Below are positions 54,201-64,000 of a stretch of DNA of 64,000 nucleotides, in pieces (position 1 is the stretch's first letter; every line of letters starts with the position of its first letter). Below the pieces are notes generated by a model, which saw nothing but the letters and a program-made list of their open reading frames with translations, ran no database searches and was not told the origin of the DNA. Location: positions 6,572,001 to 6,636,000 of the forward strand of contig CATNEN010000038.1 in assembly GCA_950097015.1 (NCBI GenBank), read 5' to 3'. The position numbers and the translations under genes are program-made. This DNA is from Macrostomum hystrix. Lineage: Eukaryota; Animalia; Platyhelminthes.

Positions 54201-57200
54201 CAAAGTCATACACTGGCACGTGGACTTGCTTGCCCTTCTTAAGGCGGCTCAAAGTTTCCACCAGCAGTTCAATGTCAAAAGCGCACGGATGATCGAAGTT
54301 AAATTTGTTCGACTCAATCTGTACAGCTTCTTCCGGGGTGGCGTCGCGGTAGTATGAGTCCATGCTCAACAGGGACACCCAACGCTGACGGAGGCGTTCG
54401 ATTATTGATCTGCGATTCAAATTCGTTATTGATTTGGTTCACCTGCTTGCTGTTCAACAGGCGATAAAGGCTACTGTCTAACAGGTGATAAAAGCTACTG
54501 TCTAACATGTGACCAAGGCCACTGTCTAACAGGTGACCAAGGCCACTGTCTAACAGGTGACCAAGGCTACTGTCTAACAGGTGACCAAGACTGCTGTCTA
54601 ACAGGTGACCAAGGCTACTGTCTAACAGGTGACCAAGGCTACTGTCTAACAGGTGACCAAGGCTACTGTCTAACAGGTGACCAAGGCCACTGTCTAACAG
54701 GTGACCAAGGCTACTGTCTAACAGGTGACCAAGGCTGCTGTCTAACAGGTGACCAAGACTACTGTCTAACAGGTGACCAAGGCTACTGTCTAACAGGTGA
54801 CCAAGGCTGCTGTCTAACAGGTGACCAAGGCTACTGTCTAACAGGTGACCAAGACTGCTGTCTAACAGGTGACCAAGGCTACTGTCTAACAGGTGACCAA
54901 GGCTACTGTCTAACAGGTGACCAAGACTGCTGTCTAACAGGTGACCAAGGCTACTGTCTAACAGGTGACCAAGGCTACTGTCTAACAGGTGACCAAGGCT
55001 GCTGTCTAACAGGTGACCAAGACTACTGTCTAACAGGTGACCAAGGCTACTGTCTAACAGGTGACCAAGGCCACTGTCTAACAGGTGACCAAGGCTACTG
55101 TCTAACAGGTGACCAAGGCTGCTGTCTAACAGGTGACCAAGACTACTGTCTAACAGGTGACCAAGGCTACTGTCTAACAGGTGACCAAGGCTACTGTCTA
55201 ACAGGTGACCAAGGCCACTGTCTAACAGGTGACCAAGGCTACTGTCTAACAGGTGACCAAGGCTGCTGTCTAACAGGTGACCAAGACTACTGTCTAACAG
55301 GTGACCAAGGCTACTGTCTAACAGGTGACCAAGGCTGCTGTCTAACAGGTGACCAAGGCTACTGTCTAACAGGTGACCAAGACTGCTGTCTAACAGGTGA
55401 CCAAGGCTACTGTCTAACAGGTGACCAAGGCTACTGTCTAACAGGTGACCAAGACTGCTGTCTAACAGGTGACCAAGGCTACTGTCTAACAGGTGACCAA
55501 GGCTACTGTCTAACAGGTGACCAAGGCTGCTGTCTAACAGGTGACCAAGACTACTGTCTAACAGGTGACCAAGGCTACTGTCTAACAGGTGACCAAGGCC
55601 ACTGTCTAACAGGTGACCAAGGCTACTGTCTAACAGGTGACCAAGGCTGCTGTCTAACAGGTGACCAAGACTACTGTCTAACAGGTGACCAAGGCTACTG
55701 TCTAACAGGTGACCAAGGCTGCTGTCTAACAGGTGACCAAGGCTACTGTCTAACAGGTGACCAAGGCTGCTGTCTAACAGGTGACCAAGGCTACTGTCTA
55801 ACAGGTGACCAAGGCTACTGTCTAACAGGTGACCAAGACTGCTGTCTAACAGGTGACCAAGGCTACTGTCTAACAGGTGACCAAGGCTACTGTCTAACAG
55901 GTGACCAAGGCTGCTGTCTAACAGGTGACCAAGACTACTGTCTAACAGGTGACCAAGGCTACTGTCTAACAGGTGACCAAGGCTGCTGTCTAACAGGTGA
56001 CCAAGGCTACTGTCTAACAGGTGACCAAGGCTACTGTCTAACAGGTGACCAAGGCTACTGTCTAACAGGTGACCAAGGCTGCTGTCTAACAGGTGACCAA
56101 GACTGCTGTCTAACAGGTGACCAAGGCTACTGTCTATCAGGTGACCAAGGCTACTGTCTAACAGGTGACCAAGGCTACTGTCTAACAGGTGACAAAGGCT
56201 ACTGTCTAACAGGTGACCAAGGCTACTGTCTAACAGGTGACAGAGGCTACTGTCTAACAGGTGACAAAGGCTACTGTCTAACAGGTGACCAAGACTACTG
56301 TCTAACAGGTGACCAAGGCTACTGTCTAACAGGTGACCAAGGCCACTGTCTAACAGGTGACCAAGGCTACTGTCTAACAGGTGACCAAGGCTACTGTCTA
56401 ACAGGTGACCAAGACTGCTGTCTAACAGGTGACCAAGGCTACTGTCTAACAGGTGACCAAGGCTACTGTCTAACAGGTGACCAAGGCTACTGTCTAACAG
56501 GTGACCAAGGCCACTGTCTAACAGGTGACCAAGGCTACTGTCTAACAGGTGACCAAGGCTGCTGTCTAACAGGTGACCAAGGCTACTGTCTAACAGGTGA
56601 CCAAGGCTGCTGTCTAACAGGTGATCAAGACTACTGTCTAACAGGTGACCAAGGCTACTGTCTAACAGGTGACCAAGGCCACTGTCTAACAGGTGACCAA
56701 GGCCACTGTCTAACAGGTGACCAAGGCTGCTGTCTAACAGGTGACCAAGACTACTGTCTAACAGGTGACCAAGGCTACTGTCTAACAGGTGACCAAGGCT
56801 GCTGTCTAACAGGTGACCAAGGCTACTGTCTAACAGGTAACCAAGGCTGCTGTCTAACAGGTGACCAAGGCCACTGTCTAACAGGTGACCAAGGCCACTG
56901 TCTAACAGGTGACCAAGGCCACTGTCTAACAGGTGACCAAGGCTACTGTCTAACAGGTGACCAAGGCTGCTGTCTAACAGGTGACCAAGGCTACTGTCTA
57001 ACAGGTGACCAAGGCTACTGTCTAACAGGTGACAAAGGCTACTGTCTAGCAGGTGTTCAGTCTCACCTAGCAACGGTTGTCTTGCCAGACGCGCTAGCGC
57101 CGCAAAGTCCGATGACGAAGGACTGCCTGACGGCGCCTCCGTCGGCGCCAAACCACGGCGGTCGGCCAGCGGTGAAGACACGACAATTCGGCATGGCAGG

Positions 57201-57308
57201 CTGCAGCACCGACTGAAGCTTGCCAGCGCTGGTGCTGACTGCCCGCCTGCGTCTGCTGTTCCCCTGCTGTTGCTGGTGCGGGCATGCCTTTTGCGGCGAT
57301 GACATCAT
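51205..57308 (-). CDS. UCKL1: Uridine-cytidine kinase-like 1 (kinase + UPRTase domain); exons 57308-57067, 54409-54085, 53195-52905, 52389-52172, 52089-51900, 51549-51205
   Basis: [10 protein letters not shown]-loop [116 protein letters not shown]. All junctions are GT-AG and in phase. Confidence 0.96.
51635..51775. repeat. Minisatellite, 16-bp unit CTCTCATTCACTCAG(T/C), UCKL1 intron 5
   Basis: Tandem periodicity. Confidence 0.9.
52485..52800. repeat. Minisatellite, ~32-bp unit CTGAAAACTGAAACTTTCGGGAATCCCCATTT, UCKL1 intron 3
   Basis: Tandem periodicity, degenerate at the edges. Confidence 0.88.
53260..54068. repeat. Minisatellite, ~20-bp unit GGCATTTACAGACACAAACA, UCKL1 intron 2
   Basis: Tandem periodicity; begins ~15 nt from the donor at 54084. 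Confidence 0.95.
54465..57055. repeat. Minisatellite, 24-bp unit CTACTGTCTAACAGGTGACCAAGG, ~108 copies, UCKL1 intron 1
   Basis: Strict periodicity; starts ~10 nt from the donor at 57066. Confidence 0.98.
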
Positions 57309-57344
57309 CCTGGAAGACTATAAAAAGGCGTAAGGCTATTTAGA

Positions 57345-57500
57345 CCATGGACTGGTGAGCTGATTCTGGAGTTCTGATACCCATTTAAGAGCTGGGTGAA
57401 CTGAAACAATACTCATATAGGCGTCTTTTAAAAGGACACTAAATTTTCCAGTGGAGCCGGGAATCGAACACCTGACCTTCAAGTCCTAACCATGACGAGG
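57345..57500 (-). mobile_element. tRNA-derived SINE fragment (family of 16378)
   Basis: Minus strand B-box GTTCGATTCCC and GTGTCCTT...TTCAGTTCACCCAGCTCTTAAATGGGTA. Confidence 0.6.
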
Positions 57501-57675
57501 CTACAACCTCTTTTAAAAGACTATAGGTATTAACAAGATTAAATTGGTTTTTAAAAAATAATAAGCGGCAGTAAAATAGGGAGAGAAGATCTAGCTATTG
57601 ACTCCACCTGTCAATCAACTTGCTAATCACTTTACCTATGAATCTTCAATCTAATTACGAGCAACTAGCTAGCTA

Positions 57676-58378
57676 GGGGGTCGGTGGCAGTGGTGGTTAA
57701 CGCCCTGTAAAAAATTCGGCTGCTTCTTCGGCGGGTTTTTTGTGCAAAATAGGAGTGGAATCTACCAAAATCCCCCCTATCTCGCAAGAGTTAAAGAAAC
57801 CACCCAGGAAGCAGCCGATGTAACCGTAAATTGTGCGGAAACCGCCGAAGAATCACCCGAACCAGTGGCCCATGGGACAACCAGAGAATTATTTACGGGC
57901 GATTCCTCGGCGGTTTCTGAGCATGGAATCTTCCGAACTGGAGGATTCTTTGGGTGATTCCATTTCGCCACCAAGAAGCACCGAGAAAACGCCCAGTTGG
58001 GTAGATTCTAAGTATGGAATAATCCGATTGGTATGTCTCCAGCGTTCGGCTGTTTCTTTTTCTGGAAACACCGCAGATTCCAACTGGAATCACCCAAAGA
58101 AACATCCCTATTTTTTAGCGGGCGCGTTTGCCTCTCGCACCAAGGTCCCTGAGTTCGATTCCGCGGCAAGGTCAGATTCATTTGGGGCGCAGCCGCGGAG
58201 AAAAGGCTTGGGGGCTTGTCGCACAATTTACGCCCTGATTAAGGCACAGTGAAGTGTACACTGCCTGACGATGAGAAAGTCAAGGGCAGATGTACAGTAT
58301 CTGTGTGCCTGTGTGCTCAGGAGTCAGAGAAATGGGCAGAATTGTCTCCTCGCTGGCTGCGGGTCCAGTGTCACCAAT
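57676..58378 (+). mobile_element. tRNA-derived SINE interrupted by a MITE
   Basis: Head GGGGGTCGGTGGCAGTGGTGGTTAACG | insertion | CGTTTGCCTCTCGCACCAAGGTCCCTGAGTTCGATTCC; body matches the reverse complement of 24750-25020. Confidence 0.8.
57703..58122. mobile_element. EnSpm/CMC-like non-autonomous DNA transposon (420 bp)
   Basis: Imperfect TIRs CCCTGTAAAAAAT / ATTTTTTAGCGGG; 2-bp TSD CG, confirmed by the empty-site SINE sequence TTAACGCGTTT in the copy near 25015; subterminal repeats (e.g. AAACCGCCGAAGAATC and its inverse). Confidence 0.75.
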
Positions 58379-59155
58379 TGAATTGCCACTGCCCACAGCA
58401 CTCCTGCCATTATCATTACCTAGCTAGTCACACCAGCTGTCAATCATTTAGCTAATTACTTCACCTGTAAATCATCTAGCCAATTAATCCACCTGCCAAT
58501 CATCCAGATTACTTACTAGATAATTAATCCACCTTGGTGCCACAATTATTATGTTGTTATCGCCTACAACTAACTGTTCAGTCCATGGACTGTGGAATCT
58601 GCGCACTCACCAAAATATGTGTACTAAACAATAAATAGTCGGAAATGTCCGAATGGAATTGATAAAATTAGGTCGGCGAACAGTTTGTTTCTTATTTTTA
58701 AATGCTTCGGCTTTAGAATGTGTCCGTTGAAAAACATGTAAAACAGTAAGCAAAAATATCTATTTTGCAAAGAAATAAATATTAGTATACTGTGGTATAT
58801 ACTACTAAATTTTTACAGAACTCTGGCTTGTCACAGACGGAAGAACATGTGGAGAAGATAGGTAGGAACTGTAGCTAGACAGGTGAAGAAATTATCTAGA
58901 TGATTGACAGGTGGAGTAATGAGCTAAATGAGCTAGTGACAGGTGGTGTATCAGGCGAGGTGCTGGTAGGTGAAGTTGATTGACAAGGTAGAGTAATTAG
59001 CTAGATGATTGATAGGTGGAGTAATTATCTCCATGATTGACAGGTGCAGTAATAAGCGAGGTGCTGGTAGGTGAAGTTGATTGACAAGTAGAAAAGTAGC
59101 TTCATTAGTAATCACTGAGCAGAATTTCAGCTGTCTAGAACTGTCCTCCAGAGAG

Positions 59156-61275
59156 TCAAGACGCTGATGTCGGCGACGTCAAACGAAACGCCGGCTGACT
59201 CCGGTGGACGCTGAACTCAGAGCGCAGGCTGTCAACACTCGAGGCCAGCTGGTCCACCAGGGGTTCGCATTCTGTCAGCAACTGCTCGACGGCGGCCCGA
59301 GCTTTCTGACGGCCGTCCCGGGTGTCGGAGCGGCGTCGCTCGAGTAGGTCGACACTGCGTCGAAGACTGGCGGCTGCGGCGGTGAAAGTCGAATTGGCGC
59401 GTCGATCAACAGAGCGGGACTCGGCTAAGCGGATCTGGAAGGTGAGAAAAAATACGCGTTAAACAACGGCCGCAGCAGATTCGAGCTTTAGACTTCAAAT
59501 CAAGAGGTCGGGAGTTCGAATCTTTGCTAATAATAAAGAATTCACTTCAGTTAGCTGGCAGGCAGGCGCTTTGGTTGCTACGGCGACAAAGAATGACAAG
59601 GCATGAATGCTTGATGATTGCAGTTGCTACCCCATAACCCCCCCAACCGTTCGAAAAAAACCTTTTGGAATCCCAAAGATTCCAGGTATGTATAATAATA
59701 ATAATTGCAGGAGGGCTGTGAGCAATGGCACATCATTTGGTGACACTAGACCCGCAGCCAGTAAGCGCCTTTTCGCTGACTCCTGAGCCCACACTCATAC
59801 AGATACTATGAGCACCTGAGTCACACAGGTGTGTACATCTGCCCTGAATTACTCATTGTCAGGCAGTGTACACTCTCATGCCAAATGAATGTGGCCTCGC
59901 CGAGGAATCGAGCTCAGGGATCTTAGTGCGAGAGGCAAACGCGTTACAGACCGCTCTGCTTAATTTCAAGGACTGAACAGATCCTGACTAGGTAGCATCG
60001 CTGCAGAATAATTCTCACCTCGTTCTCTAACAATCGATGCAGACTCTGCAAGCTGTGACACGAGCTGCCAGCCAGGCATCGGTAGGCCCGCGAACATCCG
60101 TCTGCAGTCTGCGAGTCGACCACAGCGGAGGCGGGGGCGGCCGCAGCAGCAGAGGCTGCCTCTTCAACTAGGGCGGCCAGCTCCGAATCCGGGCGTTGAA
60201 AGCCGTCCACCAGGATGCGGCTGGCCAGTCGCCTCTGTTCGGCCAAGTCGACTCGAGCGTCGGCCCGCAGCAGCGCCGCAATGGCCGCCTGATTGGAGCG
60301 CAGCCGATCCGACGTGGCGCCGATGAGGCGTCGCCGGAGCGCCACGGCGGAGGCGTGCTCGTTGGCGGCTGCGGCTGCGGCTCCGCTGGCTAGCAGGCTA
60401 GCAGCGTAGCGGCGTCGGGCATCGGCACCGGCTCGATCGTCGGCGCCGCCGGCTGCTAAACGATGGCTAACAACCAGATCGGCGTCGGCGGGGGACAAGC
60501 CGGCCAGCTGGAGATGTCGGGAGAACTGCTCAGCTAGGCTGGCCAGCTCGGCGGTGTCGGCGGCTACGGAGCGGCGAGCGGAGAGGCAGTCGAGGCAAGC
60601 TCGAGCCTGCAGTGCGCTGGCCAGAATCTCCGGCGATGTGACGGCATTGGACGCCTGTCAGAAAGATTTTTGCGAGCCCAAATTTTGACTTATTAACATG
60701 CCATCACCGTTTTTTATTTGCTGTAACTAAGCCCTGCCCAGTAACAAAGAATGTACACAAGTCCTGCCCAGCAACCAACAGTATAGATCTCGAAAGCCAG
60801 GGCCTCACCTCTTTAATCTCATTGTCCTCATCGAGTTTACCAACATCCTCGAGCACAGCGCAATCGTCCGCCTCCTTAGCCAGCTTGGCCAGGGTTGCCT
60901 CGGCGGACTCGGAGGCGTCAGGCGACGATGCGGACGGAAGCCCGGATGTTGACGTTAATCCGGCTGCCGCTGCAGCTCCGGCAATCTGACTGGCTAATCT
61001 ACGCAACGAAGCCGTTGCTAAGCGACGCTTAGCAAGTCGATTGGCGCGCTCGATAGCGTCAAGCTTGCGCGCCGCCACATTGGGATTAGCGGCACCAACT
61101 GGCAGCAGAGAAGAAGGTGAGGATGATGACACATGGTGGCTGCTCAGCTGACTGCAGCGAGACTGGGCAGAGGCTAAGTGTGCCTCTAGCCGATGTATGT
61201 AGGCCTGCATTATAACAATTTTGTTTGCAATGCGTGCTAATCGATAATCGATAGATGACTGACCGAGACTGCCTA
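59156..61275 (-). CDS. Coiled-coil protein, probably HAUS augmin subunit 5; exons 61275-60809, 60654-60019, 59434-59156 (5' end unresolved; ATG at 61210)
   Basis: Phase-0 GT-AG junctions and a helical, Ala-rich product. NKIVIMQAYIHRLE resembles the HAUS5/AUG5 'KxxxLxAY' segment, and C-terminal HRSQPAF resembles 'WWEQPA'. The family assignment is tentative. Confidence 0.55.
59692..59946 (-). mobile_element. tRNA-derived SINE in an intron of the HAUS5-like gene
   Basis: Colinear with 24705-25020 (TAATTGCAGGAGG..ACACTAGACCCGCAGCCAGT..GGAATCGAGCTCA..GTGCGAGAGGCAAACGCGTTA). Confidence 0.82.
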
Positions 61276-63530
61276 CTGAAAGTAGAATAGACGAAACATT
61301 ATTTAATAATTAGCCCATAATTAGCAGCAATTGCACACACAGCAAATATTCTGAAATATTCGACATTGAGTGTGCCAGACCAGCCCAGATTGATGCTTAA
61401 AGAAAGACTTATACATATACCGCTATGTGTATATGTATACTAGGGCAATGAATCACTGCCCTAGTGTTTAATAGAATGCCACAAGGTAAAAAAGGATTTT
61501 GCTTTACATTGTTTTTTACACTAATATTATTATACTTAATTTACCTAATTAATGGTACAAGAAAGCAAAGAACTGACAGAATGACCCCCATCCTACCATA
61601 AGGAAACTATTTAAAATTAAAGAAAGTGCACAACTGCCCCAATAGATATACCTTTTAGGCTTCAAATAGTCATAAAAACGTGATTATAGCAAATTAATGT
61701 ATATAATATGTGCACTTTCGCTATATAAAAGTAATAAAACTTAAAAATATTTTATTCATTAGAATGTGTTTATTATTGGCAAACATTTTTTACTTTTCAA
61801 TATTCCTGTTCTTTCTTGCTTATATTTTTACTTTGTTTTGATAAAAAAAGTGGAATTATTTTATATGAAAGCATAAAATAGACAAAAACTAACATTTTGT
61901 GCACCTATATTAATAGTAATAGTCCTTAATAATAACAAGTAATAATGATAATGGTGGATATATTGCTTTATTTAGAAACTAATGTCTTATTGGATAAAAG
62001 CTATTATTTTTTGCATAAAGGTATGCAAAAAATACAATCTATGCAAAAAATACAATGATTGTTTAGGTTTTCATAGATTTTAATGTTGTAAATGAAGCTA
62101 CATTGCCACAATTATATTTTAGATTTTATGTTCATATTAAGACTTGTTGCTGACAATCTAGCAAGTAAAAAATTATTAGAGTTATTAGAGTTAGAGTGAG
62201 GTTTAATTAATCTGCTAAAAGGCACTGTTGACACTGGCATTCACTGACTTGCTTTAAAATATTTTTACACCTGATGATAACTTTGTATGCTGGTACTTTT
62301 CTAGTAATGGACAACACACACAAAAGCTAGGTGACTGAGGTCACTATGGTGAATTTAGTGACTATTTCAAATAAAACTTCCTTTTCTTGAATTTTCTTAG
62401 ATTCTATGATTTTTATCTTACTTTGTTAATTTTTCACCATATTTTTGGCAAAAATGACATTACTAAGATGGCAAATAGGATGTGCGATTATTAAGCTTCA
62501 ATGTGCACTTTCTTAAGAAGCCTTCTAGTAAGATATTGTTTTTTTGGGAAAATTATTGACTGCTAATAAGGCTGAACCTGCTAATTACTGACTGCAAAAT
62601 AATATGGACATTATTATCTTCTAAAAAGGAACACTAGTTTGCTGCTAAAAGGGACAAAAGGGACATTGCCTGCTGTGGGGACATTGGTTGCCTGATAGGA
62701 AAAACATTGGTTCACTTTTGCTTGGAAGACATTAGTTTAATTTTGCTAGGAGGCATTAGTTCCTTGTTGCTAGGGGAGGGCATTAGTTTTTTGTTGCCAG
62801 AGGGAGATTCTCTATTTGCCAAGGGTGTTTGTCTATCTGCCACTAATCAAATATTTGAAGGTATTATGTAAATTTATATAACTTTATAGCATGAATTTAA
62901 ATAAATGAATTAAAAATTATGTGATTGCCTGCAACAATCACAGTTTGCCCTCAGTTTTGATATAGGGCCTACTGTACACATTGGCAACTATAAGTTAAGT
63001 CAATGGATCCTAGACACTTTGTCATCTTACAACTTTGTCATCTACTTGGAAGGTAGGACACTTTGTCATCTAGCCAATTGGCATACTTTAAAGTTTGGTC
63101 AGTTTGTCATCTACTAATAACAAACAATCAAGTTTGTCATCAATAAAGTGAGGATGGGTGGTGTGAACACACTTCACACTCTAAACTGTCAAAACTAATT
63201 TCATTATAAGAGTTGAAAGATAGGTGCCAACATGATGTAAGGAGGGCTGGCGAGGGGTGGTTCTGTTTCAACTTTGAAAACTTTTGGGCAATGTTCTACT
63301 TCCATTCATTATATCATTTTTCATTTGAATTTGTGCCACACATGCAATCTGAGTTTGAAAAGTTGTGCTGGTGTGGCTCTGCTGTGACTTGACACTTGGA
63401 TCTATGTCTATGACAAAATCTGGCAAATATGGGGGAATAGTACGCTAAAGCACAGAAATTCTATAGCTGAAGATTTCAAATGCATGGCACGAGTGCTGCT
63501 CTATTTGAAAGCCACCTCAAAGAATTCTTA

Positions 63531-64000
63531 GGGTAATGTATCATCAACCGAACAGTGTATCTTCAAAACCGAACAAGAATTTTGACTCCTTCCTTGGTCT
63601 CGTGCAAGACAGAAGCAAGCTATTGTGTTTCACAGAACAACTAATTTGAAAGTTGAAGAAATTATCTACAAGCTGAGGCATGATGTGCAATGAAGCATTA
63701 TGAGGAAAGAAAGATATTGATGTTTCAGTAGAAATTTTTATTGCAAAAGCATACTTTTTAACAACATTTTTTAGTATGTACTTTAGACGAAGATTGTATG
63801 TGGTTGCTTGCCAATTAAATGACCATAAATGTAGTTATTTATAGAGCATGAAAAATGCTTTCAAATGACATAATTCATGATAGTCCACTCCTTAAAATAG
63901 GATTAAACCACTCACTCAAATTTTAAAACCAAACATCAAATTCTCTGTTTGGTTTGAAGATACATGAAAATCATTGTTCGGTTTTAGATAAAAAGCAGGA
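63531..64000 (-). mobile_element. Second copy of the GGGTAATGTATCATCAACC MITE (inverted, runs off the window)
   Basis: Reverse complement of ~15821-16291 at high identity; TA flank at 63529-63530. Confidence 0.9.

Noticed and set aside
54314-57181. 955-aa ORF with (LDSSLGHL)n
   Set aside because: It is a stop-free frame of the 24-bp array inside UCKL1 intron 1. It lacks an ATG start, is out of frame with UCKL1, and the UCKL1 frame stops right after the donor.
59465-59530. Possible tRNA-Sec or opal suppressor (GACTTCAAATC...GTTCGAATC)
   Set aside because: There is no acceptor stem or long variable arm. It is more likely a decayed tRNA-derived SINE head (e.g. TCG>TCA).
63005-63145. Repeated (C/G)TTTGTCATC motifs as a regulatory cluster
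   Set aside because: They look like transposon subterminal repeats, but no partner end or TSD was found in the window, so I did not call them.

Overview
Eukaryotic (animal) genomic DNA. The GC/CpG-rich Ala/Gln-rich exons, minisatellite-filled introns and acceptor-like AGs just before start codons resemble a free-living flatworm such as Macrostomum; this is an inference. The spliced genes I can support are: the last exon of a probable mitochondrial IF3 (+), a 7-EC delta-type protocadherin (-), prenylcysteine oxidase (+), a STIL/Ana2/SAS-5 centriole protein (+) and a small secreted Cys-rich protein (+). There is also a co-oriented minus-strand run: HAUS5-like > UCKL1 > TM2D1 > Gemin7 > TRIM9/67-like. 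About 25 different minisatellite arrays (16-69 bp units, roughly 23 kb by my estimate) fill introns and spacers and explain nearly all the long low-complexity ORFs. Mobile elements: a young 839-bp internally deleted Gypsy LTR element, a Merlin remnant with a nested MITE, a TA-flanked MITE in two copies, an EnSpm-like MITE inside a SINE, and several tRNA-derived SINEs. The most interesting points are: (1) an operon-like cluster in which TM2D1 and Gemin7 are only 28 nt apart and TM2D1 seems to lack its own ATG, so a spliced leader may supply it; (2) minisatellites that share core motifs and start at splice sites; (3) a CpG-decay signature in old repeats.
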